Shown in pieces: positions 56,760 to 64,000 of a DNA stretch of 64,000 nt (the stretch's first letter is position 1; every line of letters starts with the position of its first letter). The notes under the pieces are model-generated. The model was not told the origin of the DNA. It saw nothing but the letters and a program-made list of their open reading frames with translations, and made no database searches. The stretch is from a virus (taxonomy: Duplodnaviria > Caudoviricetes). A program made the translations under genes and the position numbers. The stretch is from the IMG/VR virus record IMGVR_UViG_2934077722_000001, positions 3,484 through 67,483 of that record; one strand, written 5' to 3'.

Positions 56760-59224
56760 TAGGACTTCTCCTCGGTGGTGGGGCCGACGCGGTAGCGCAG
56801 TCGGCACCGGCAGTTGATGGTCAGGGCGGCGGGGGCGAACGGGTCGCCCGGGTAGCGCAGGGTGGAACCGTCGACTGCGTATGGGACGCCGACGGGCAGG
56901 GTCGTGCCGTGCAGTTCTCGATGGGCGGGTCGTACGTGGGTGTCGCTGCGCGTGATCCAGGTCCGAAGAACGGAGGGGCCGGCGCTCTCGGCTGCGGCGT
57001 CGGCCGCGCCGTTGACGGTGGCGACAGCGCAGGACTCGGCGAGCAGGGCGATGAACTTCGCGGAGCGGGTCCGGTAGAACCCGCTGACTGTGTCGGTGAG
57101 TTCGTTGAGCGTGGCTTCCCCGACCTGCGCCACATCTATGGCGACGGCGAGGTCTGCGAGCAGCCCGGCGACGGCACGTCCGGCCATGGCCGAGGCGGCG
57201 AGTGCTGCGGCGGCTGCGCCCGAGGGCACGGTCGCCACGCCGGTCAGGCTCTCGCTGAGAGCGGCTGCGGTCTTGGCTGCGGCCTGCTGGAGGATCGAGG
57301 TCAGGGTGTTGGTGATCTCCTCCTCCCATCGCTCTGCACCAACGACGCGCTCCCCGTCGATCGGGGCGTCACCGCGGCGAAGGTCGGTGTCGCCGTCCGG
57401 CTCCCAGTAGCGCGTGCCTTTGCGGGTCTTGGGTGCGTGAAGGCGGGCGTTGATCACCCCTTCCTGCCTCGCGAGGAGTGCGGTCAGCGCGGCCGTGATG
57501 GCGGCTGTGGCCGTGTCGAAGTCCTTCTCGGTGACCGCGAACCCGGTGTGGTGGGGTAGCTCCTTGCGCTCCATATCGGAGCGAGCGGCGTCGACATCGG
57601 CCGCAGCATCTCCGGCGCCTGGCTGTACGACTGAGGCGCGTGCGGACGCGACGTCGTTGGCGGCGTTACCGGGCAAGGTGAGGGGTACGTTGTCGCGTGC
57701 CTGCTCGACGGCGGTCGCGGCGGACTCTCCGGCCGCGCGAGCACCTGATGCGACGCGAGCGGCATCGACGTCATCAGCAGCGGTCCCCAGCTCGTGGGCT
57801 CGGGCTTCGGCTACTGCGTCCGCTGCGGACTCGCCTTCGGAACCGGATGGCGCGATGGCGGGCGGCGGGTCACCTGTTCCCGGCAGCCCCAGCGCGCCTC
57901 CGGCCGCCGGGTCCTGAGCGACACCAAGCGCGGCCGCGTCCTCCTCGCTTGCTGGGACGGGCGCCCTCTGTGGGCTAATCCACAGAGCGCGGGTGTGAGG
58001 GACGTTGAACGGACGGCGTCCCGCGATTTCCCGGTACTCGTCGACCGTGATGAGCCCGGCGTTCCATTCGGCTCGGGCCTCTTCCCTGCGTTGGCGGCGG
58101 GGGAACTCGAGCGCTTCGACTGTGCTCGTGTTGAAGCGGAGCGACCAGCCGTCGTCCAAGTCGAGGTCGAACGCGGAGGCGAGCAGCGCCAGGTGCGGCA
58201 GTTCGGTGTGCTGCCAGAAATTCCACTCTTCCCGGTCGGCGTTCGCGTACGTCCGCTCACTCGCGTTGCCGACGATGCTTTCCGGGACGCCGAACGCGCT
58301 CAGGATCTCGTCCTTGGCGGTCTGCGACAGAGTCTCGTAGTTCATGTCGCGCGGCCGGGTGCTGGTGTCTACGTAGTTGAGGCCGCCAGGCCCGCTGCCG
58401 ACGACGACGGTTTCGCCGGCATGCTGCGCGCCGGGGGCGAGCCGCTGCTGAATCCGGTCGATCTCGCGCTGGTCGAGCCCGTCGACGTCGATGCCGACGA
58501 TCCCCGACGGGCGTGCGTCGTTGTCGATGAAGGCGATGTTGTACGTCCGCGCCTTCACGTCCAGGTCGATGGAGAGGCCCGCGGCTTCCAACGGCGTGAC
58601 GCCGCAGAAGGGATCGGTCGGATGCGGATCTCTCAGCCAGACAACGCGGCTGGGCTCCAGCTCTCGGACCCGGCCGTCGTACGTCGTGAACTCGAAGTGG
58701 CTGACGTAGTCGCCGTGCGGGTCCGGGATCGGTTCGACGCGGTTCGGCGGAAGCAGGTCAAGACGGGTGATCGTGCCCGCGCGGGAGCGGGTGATCTCGA
58801 CGAACGCGCCCTTCTTCGACAGCAGCAGTTGCGCGCTGAGCCTCTTCTTGAAGACGGTGGCCCGCTCCAGCGGGTTCGCCTGCACGTTCAGTACGTGCAA
58901 CAGCGGGTGATCGGTGAGGGTTTCCGCGAACTGCCGCTCGTCCCCGCCGCGACCGATCTCGACTGTGAGGGCGCTGGGGTGCTTGGAGATCGCCTCGATT
59001 GACTTGAACGTCCAGATGCTCCGCTCGTAGCCCTCGGTGATGACCCGGTCGAGGTCCCAGCCTGCGGCACGCCCTTCGGTGCCCCACATGGTCGTGGTGC
59101 CCGCGTAGGTCATGGAGACGTACGTGTTGCCGAGCGACCCGGCGGACTTCCCCTCCAAAGGCGTCGGCGCCACCGTGCGCGGGATGAGGAGGCGGCGGAG
59201 GCCGGGCAGGAACTGGCGCGGCAT
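56759..59224 (-). CDS. Portal protein fused to a MuF (minor head) domain
   Basis: HK97-type portal motifs (HPLL, NDARPSG, ILSAFGVP, TYANA, ITVDEYR); C-terminal WITRSD..VRPAH...YPGDP...INCRC. Confidence 0.9.
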   Translation of the reverse strand: MPRQFLPGLRRLLIPRTVAPTPLEGKSAGSLGNTYVSMTYAGTTTMWGTEGRAAGWDLDRVITEGYERSIWTFKSIEAISKHPSALTVEIGRGGDERQFAETLTDHPLLHVLNVQANPLERATVFKKRLSAQLLLSKKGAFVEITRSRAGTITRLDLLPPNRVEPIPDPHGDYVSHFEFTTYDGRVRELEPSRVVWLRDPHPTDPFCGVTPLEAAGLSIDLDVKARTYNIAFIDNDARPSGIVGIDVDGLDQREIDRIQQRLAPGAQHAGETVVVGSGPGGLNYVDTSTRPRDMNYETLSQTAKDEILSAFGVPESIVGNASERTYANADREEWNFWQHTELPHLALLASAFDLDLDDGWSLRFNTSTVEALEFPRRQRREEARAEWNAGLITVDEYREIAGRRPFNVPHTRALWISPQRAPVPASEEDAAALGVAQDPAAGGALGLPGTGDPPPAIAPSGSEGESAADAVAEARAHELGTAADDVDAARVASGARAAGESAATAVEQARDNVPLTLPGNAANDVASARASVVQPGAGDAAADVDAARSDMERKELPHHTGFAVTEKDFDTATAAITAALTALLARQEGVINARLHAPKTRKGTRYWEPDGDTDLRRGDAPIDGERVVGAERWEEEITNTLTSILQQAAAKTAAALSESLTGVATVPSGAAAAALAASAMAGRAVAGLLADLAVAIDVAQVGEATLNELTDTVSGFYRTRSAKFIALLAESCAVATVNGAADAAAESAGPSVLRTWITRSDTHVRPAHRELHGTTLPVGVPYAVDGSTLRYPGDPFAPAALTINCRCRLRYRVGPTTEEKS

Positions 59225-59562
59225 CAGGCCCCCTCACTGGCCAGCCACACACCTGCGGCGATGACGGCCGCGCCGACTTCGAGCCACCCCAGGGGCGGGA
59301 AGTACGTGAAGGCGCAGCCGACGGCGGCAGCAGCCACGATGACGCTGAGGGCGCAGACGACGACGCGCGAGACCGGGCTCCTCGGCGGCACCTGGTACCG
59401 GAAGGCGATAGCGGTGCCCGCCGCGGCCGCCCCGGTGCTCAGCAGTAGGTGGACGGCACCCAGCGCGACAAGCACGACGAGGGTGCCGGCGGCGACGAGG
59501 AGAAGTCCGGCGACTTCGCGGGCGATGCTTTGTGGCGAGGGTGTCTGAGGCGGTGTACTCAC
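59224..59562 (-). CDS. Small multi-TM membrane protein upstream of the portal
   Basis: Leaderless GTG at 59562; four hydrophobic segments. Confidence 0.7.
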   Translation of the reverse strand: MSTPPQTPSPQSIAREVAGLLLVAAGTLVVLVALGAVHLLLSTGAAAAGTAIAFRYQVPPRSPVSRVVVCALSVIVAAAAVGCAFTYFPPLGWLEVGAAVIAAGVWLASEGA

Positions 59563-59569
59563 GGCGCGC

Positions 59570-59605
59570 ACGATGGGTGCGGCCCCGGGTTAGTGTCGCG
59601 TGCTC
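59570..59605 (-). promoter_or_regulatory. Late-promoter motif (portal operon, leaderless)
   Basis: GAGCACGCGAC-ACTAA...19 nt...CATCGT, 7 nt, GTG. Confidence 0.7.
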
Positions 59606-59616
59606 GCTAGCGGAGG

Positions 59617-60117
59617 TCAGCGGGGGCGGCTTACCCCGGCCATGTAGGCGCCGATGCCGCGCCGCTGTACCTTCTCGCCGGGGATGATCTTGGCTCCCTT
59701 CGGGGGCGGCGGAGCCTTGCGCTTCTTCCGAGTCGACTGGTCACCTCCGATCAGGTGCCGGTTGTCTACCTTCTCCGCGCAGTCCTGTCCCTTCACCTCG
59801 TCGTACGGGCGCCGGCAGCCCTTGCAGTAGACCTCCAGTGCGTCAACGCGCTGACCAGCGGTTGTTTTGAAGCTGCCCCGGAAGTCGGCGATGCTCGCTA
59901 CGCGCGGCTCTACCTGGATCTCGGCGGCCACGACCCAGGTGTGCGAGAGGTCCTGGGACGGCTCGGCCCGCTCAGCCGGAGGCGCGGGGAGCGCCGCCTT
60001 CGTCTCTGCCTTCCTCACCGGGGCCTGTGATGCCGGTGCGAGCCGTGACGGGAACAAGGGTTCCTGCCAGAAGGCCCGGCCCGCTGCCGGTGTGAGGGGA
60101 GCAGTAGCTGTCGTCAC
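59617..60117 (-). CDS. Hypothetical protein with a possible Zn site
   Basis: GGAGG RBS; HTW...CKGC...C...HLIGG; basic C-terminus. Confidence 0.65.
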   Translation of the reverse strand: MTTATAPLTPAAGRAFWQEPLFPSRLAPASQAPVRKAETKAALPAPPAERAEPSQDLSHTWVVAAEIQVEPRVASIADFRGSFKTTAGQRVDALEVYCKGCRRPYDEVKGQDCAEKVDNRHLIGGDQSTRKKRKAPPPPKGAKIIPGEKVQRRGIGAYMAGVSRPR

Positions 60118-60209
60118 CTATTTCCTCCGCGCCGTGTTTTTGGTCGGGGGTTGACACAAGTGGTCCCCGTTTCACAGCGCGGAACGTCGACGAGGCGGGA
60201 TGTGTTACA

Positions 60210-60563
60210 TCACCCCTCCTCCAAGACCATCTGCTGAGCACTGTCGTCTGCGCTCAGGTCGCGTGCGGCGATCCGCTTCATGTGCTGTGCGAACACCTCT
60301 GGGGCCTTGGGGTTCATGCGGGTCAGCGCAACCATGCCGGTGACGATGACGTCGCAGACCTCGGACTCGACGTTTTCCCAGGTATGGGAGTGGCCTTTGC
60401 GGGGGTTCTGCCCCATGGCTCCGATCACCGCTTCGGCGACCTCACCGGCTTCCTCCTGGATCTTCAGTAGTTGCAGGAGGATGCGCTGTTCGCGAGGAAG
60501 CGTGGAGTGGTCCTCCAAGCGGCGGGCAAGGTGACGAACTGCCTGCCAGGTGTCCGCATTCAT
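60210..60563 (-). CDS. MazG-like nucleotide pyrophosphohydrolase
   Basis: LKIQEEAGEVAEAVIG..GQNPRKG...EVCDVI; start may extend to 60701. Confidence 0.85.
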   Translation of the reverse strand: MNADTWQAVRHLARRLEDHSTLPREQRILLQLLKIQEEAGEVAEAVIGAMGQNPRKGHSHTWENVESEVCDVIVTGMVALTRMNPKAPEVFAQHMKRIAARDLSADDSAQQMVLEEG

Positions 60564-60697
60564 GTGCGTCTCGATTCGGTTCGTGGGAGGGGAGCGGGGG
60601 CACCACAGGGTGGGTTCAGGTTCTGGTTCGGCTGTGCGGGGCAGGCCGGGCGGTACGGCGGAGGCGATGAGCCGGTCCAGGTAGTGAAGTCCACGGG

Positions 60698-62587
60698 TCA
60701 CCGGTCCTTGGCGAGGGCGACGAGTTCCGCGAACAGGCCACCGGCATGGAGCAGATCGTCGTACGTTCCATGTTCGATCACGCGGCCGTGCTCCATGACG
60801 ATGATCCGGTCAGCCAGGCGGGTGTTCTCCAACTGGTGGGTGACGACGATGGTCATGCGCTCGGCGGCGATGCGCTTGATCTCCAGGAAGATTCCGTGTT
60901 CGCCGCGGGGGTCCATCTGCGAGGTGGGTTCGTCGAGGATGAGCAGCGGGGGGCGCCGGTACAGCGCGCGCCCGCACCCCAGGCGCTGCCACTGGCCCCC
61001 GGACAGCTCGGCGCCGCCGAAGAGTTCACGGGCCAGGAGGGTGTCGAGTTGCTGGGGTAGCTTCTCGACCGCCTCGCGCATGCCCACGGCGTCGATGGCG
61101 TCCCACACGGGGCCGTCGTCGAAGGTCCTCGGTTGCCCCAGGGTGATGTTCTCCCGGGTTCGCAGGGGCCAGCACGCGAAGTTCTGTGGGACCAGGGCGG
61201 TGCGTTTCCACACGGCTTCCGGGTCGGCCTCGGCTAGGTCGATGCCGTCCCACAGGACGCGGCCCTTGTCGGCGAGCAGGATGCCGGTGATCAGTTTGGC
61301 CAGGGTGGATTTGCCGGAGCCGTTCTCGCCGACAATGGCCAGGATCTCGCCGCGCCGCATGGTGAGGGAGATGCCGTTGACGGCCGGCTCCGACTTCCCG
61401 GGGTACTGGTAGACGACTTCGTTGAGCTGGATCTCGTCTACGCGCTCGGGGATGGTCAGCTCACCGCGTTTGGGGGCCCGGTCGGTGGCCATGTCGAGGA
61501 AGGTGCGCATGTCGGCCAGGTAGAGAGAGGTGTGGAACAGTGCGGCGCCGTTGATGACGACCTGGGAGAGGGCGGCCAGGGTGGTCTGGACGGCGACGAC
61601 CGCAGTGGCGGCGACTGGGAGGGCAACGCGGCCGGTGGTGGCCAGCCAGGCGAGGACGGCCCAGGTGCCCAGGAGGAAGATCCCGCCCAGGGCGCCCGTG
61701 ATCAGGGAAATGCGCAGGGTCCGGGGGGCGGCGGCCAGGGTGCGCTGGTCGATGCGGTCCGACAGAGCGCGGTACCAGTAGACCAGGTAGTTGGTCATGC
61801 CGTTGGCGCGGACCTCGTCGCCGTAGCGGTGGTAGGTAGCCCACCAGCGCATGGTCCCGCGTACGTTGCGGTCGCCGACGTTCAGGTAGTGCGTCTCGTA
61901 GTCGACGCGCGCTGATAATACGGCTCCGGCGCCCGCGGGCAGGACCGCGAACAGCAGCAGCGGAAGCATCAGGGGGTGCAACGCTGTGATGACGCCGCCG
62001 GCGGCCACCATGCGCAGGACGGCGGCGGTGAAGCGCTGGGCGTCCTGCACCATCAGGCGGGTTCGGGTGACGCCGACTTCCGCTGCTTCCTGCCGGTCGG
62101 CGAAACCGCCCTGGCCGTAGGCGGAGGCTTCGACCCGGCACACTGCGGCGACGAGCGCTACGTCCGCCTCGGTCATCAGCAGTGGTGTGATGCGGCCGTC
62201 GGCGTAGGAGGCCAGGGCGCTGCTGATTCGGCCGATGCCCGCGGCGGTGGTGACGATGATGAGGGCAGGCAATGCGGCGTGCAGGCGTTCGGGCACGGTG
62301 CCGGCTCCGAGGATGTGGCGCATGGCCCGTGCCGTGGCAGTGAGGACTACGGCGGCCGCGGTGCCGGTGAGGAGCTGGGAGGTGATGAGCACCATCACCC
62401 CCAGCCTGTCGACGGCCCAGGCCATCCGTGCGGTCTGGCCCAGCACTGAGGGAAGGCGCCTGCACATGGTCGCGAAACTGGCTTCTGCCAGCGGGTTCTT
62501 CGCGTGCTTCCCCTCGAAGGTGAGGTCAGCGGGAGGCGGAGGGGGAGGTGTTTCCTCGTTGGTGGTCAAGGCGTCAGTAGTAGTCAC
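60698..62587 (-). CDS. ABC exporter (fused permease/ATPase)
   Basis: TM domain; GENGSGKS, LSGGQWQR, LILDEPT; in-frame TTA at 61916-61918. Confidence 0.92.
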   Translation of the reverse strand: MTTTDALTTNEETPPPPPPADLTFEGKHAKNPLAEASFATMCRRLPSVLGQTARMAWAVDRLGVMVLITSQLLTGTAAAVVLTATARAMRHILGAGTVPERLHAALPALIIVTTAAGIGRISSALASYADGRITPLLMTEADVALVAAVCRVEASAYGQGGFADRQEAAEVGVTRTRLMVQDAQRFTAAVLRMVAAGGVITALHPLMLPLLLFAVLPAGAGAVLSARVDYETHYLNVGDRNVRGTMRWWATYHRYGDEVRANGMTNYLVYWYRALSDRIDQRTLAAAPRTLRISLITGALGGIFLLGTWAVLAWLATTGRVALPVAATAVVAVQTTLAALSQVVINGAALFHTSLYLADMRTFLDMATDRAPKRGELTIPERVDEIQLNEVVYQYPGKSEPAVNGISLTMRRGEILAIVGENGSGKSTLAKLITGILLADKGRVLWDGIDLAEADPEAVWKRTALVPQNFACWPLRTRENITLGQPRTFDDGPVWDAIDAVGMREAVEKLPQQLDTLLARELFGGAELSGGQWQRLGCGRALYRRPPLLILDEPTSQMDPRGEHGIFLEIKRIAAERMTIVVTHQLENTRLADRIIVMEHGRVIEHGTYDDLLHAGGLFAELVALAKDR

Positions 62588-62851
62588 CTGCGTCCCTCCT
62601 GGGGTCAGTGCCGCGCCTGGATGGCTCGGCAGTGCACGGCATAACGACGCGGTGTCGGAATCGAACGCGCTCGATTCAGGACGTGCTGTGGTTCTTGAAT
62701 CGCCAGGGGCCGAATGCGTGGACTCGGTGCTGGGGCCGTTCTCAAGTGGCAAGGGTTGGCCGAATCGCCGACGTCCGAAACGTCTGTGACGAATGAGGTT
62801 CTCGGTGGTTGATCGGCTTGTGACGATGTCGGGTCAGCCGCCCGTGGGCAT

Positions 62852-64000
62852 TCAACTTGCGACGTCGCCGTCTTGGTTGGTGAGGCAGTGAACGAGGCTT
62901 GCTTCCGCTGTGGTGACGGCCTGCATCATCGTGGTCAGCACCGGCTCGGGCAGAGTCCCCTGATCAACGGCGCCGTCGCGGACGATCGCTTCGAGCTCAC
63001 GGTGTGACCGCTTGTTGGACGATAGGGCGGGGTGACGAAGGATCTCGCGTGCCGCGTACGCGTCGCCTGCCTGCGTGGTGTCGCTGATGATCGCGTTGTG
63101 CAGGGGTTGCGCCTGGGCTTCGCAGCCTTCTGATGCCAGGTCGATCGCCGCCAGGACGAGCCTCACCCGGAACATGCGTAGGTGCGGCCGGGTCGGCTCC
63201 AGTACATTCCGCACGGCGTGCGCCACAGCGGTGAACTCTTCTGCCGTGGCACGGCCCGCTAGGTGGTCGGAATAGTGGCGGAGGATCTGTGCGACGGCTT
63301 TCTCCCACGGTTCGGTGATCGTGGCCTTTTCGATCAGAGAGTTGGCTGTGTCCGGGCCGGCCGTGTGCAGGCTTGCCATGACGTGCGCTTGCCTGCTGTC
63401 GTGCAGCCGCTCGGGGGCCTTGTCGTAGGCGGACGCGTGTTCTGCGGCTTGAGGCCATTGGCCGGTGGCGCCAAGGAGCCTGGTGCCGTCTTCGAGCAGG
63501 AGGGCGTGTAGCCAGGGCTGGATGTGGTCCAAGGTCGCGCGGGTGGTGAAGCCCGTGAAGTCGATGGGATAACCGTGGACGGTTACGGTGCCGCCGTCGT
63601 GTACGGCGCGGTGCACGCTCATCAGCTGCTGATAGGCGGCATGCGGGTCTCCCGCTCGGGCTGTCAGGCGTACGAGGTTGACGATCGGCTGGAGGCAGGC
63701 GATGGCGGTGTCCCCGGTGACGGGCCATGCCGCCTGGAAGAGGCGGAGCTGGCGCAGGCACAGGTCTGTCGCCAGGTCTGTCAAGCCGCAGTCGGAGGCG
63801 ATCAGTGCAGACAGGTTCCAGGTGGCGCACGCCAGGTTGATCCGGTCGAGGAGTAGCCCGTCCTGCGTCGACTTCTCCGCACAGGTGCGTACCTCTTCGA
63901 CTCGGGCGGTGAAGCTGGGGTAGACGAGGTGAGACCGGCTGACCAGCGGGAACCGCCTGACGAGCCGGTGAAGCTTTGCCTGCGAGTGCGGCGCGGTCAC
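62852..64000 (-). CDS. Conserved Streptomyces helical hypothetical protein (start at the window edge)
   Basis: RFPLV...NLSALIASDCG...PIVNLVRL...DGTRLL; TPR-like helices. Confidence 0.6.
   Translation of the reverse strand: MTAPHSQAKLHRLVRRFPLVSRSHLVYPSFTARVEEVRTCAEKSTQDGLLLDRINLACATWNLSALIASDCGLTDLATDLCLRQLRLFQAAWPVTGDTAIACLQPIVNLVRLTARAGDPHAAYQQLMSVHRAVHDGGTVTVHGYPIDFTGFTTRATLDHIQPWLHALLLEDGTRLLGATGQWPQAAEHASAYDKAPERLHDSRQAHVMASLHTAGPDTANSLIEKATITEPWEKAVAQILRHYSDHLAGRATAEEFTAVAHAVRNVLEPTRPHLRMFRVRLVLAAIDLASEGCEAQAQPLHNAIISDTTQAGDAYAAREILRHPALSSNKRSHRELEAIVRDGAVDQGTLPEPVLTTMMQAVTTAEASLVHCLTNQDGDVAS

Overview
High-GC actinobacterial DNA, almost certainly Streptomyces (chaplin gene, in-frame TTA codons in accessory genes). 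The window holds the morphogenesis region of a large temperate siphophage or phage-plasmid. On the minus strand, right to left: portal-MuF fusion, a giant (~5440 aa) DarB-like N6-methyltransferase/SNF2-helicase polyvalent protein, an HK97 prohead protease fused to a 2H-phosphoesterase, major capsid, head-tail joining genes, major tail, a G/G-T frameshifted chaperone, tape measure, minor tail genes, holin, ParB-like, TerS-like, endolysin and SSB. A plus-strand early module (HTH, replication initiator, DnaC-like ATPase, Spd/DUF2637-like membrane protein, Sak4-like AAA ATPase) interrupts the lysis genes. Cargo includes Ku, a chaplin, an endonuclease VII-domain gene, a transposase-less IS5-like element carrying a secreted protease, an ABC transporter and a MazG-like gene. 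No large terminase or integrase is visible in the window. The most notable signals are: (i) a candidate capsid cargo-loading code, in which the protease C-terminal peptide recurs twice in the giant protein and [LMF]-E-x-K motifs are shared among head proteins; (ii) a 112-aa gene fully nested in another frame of the giant gene; (iii) 15 copies of a fixed-spacing late-promoter motif; (iv) a dense GCGCGCC array, a tRNA-like fold and a ~200-nt structured RNA. All family assignments come from reading motifs by eye; no database searches were run.
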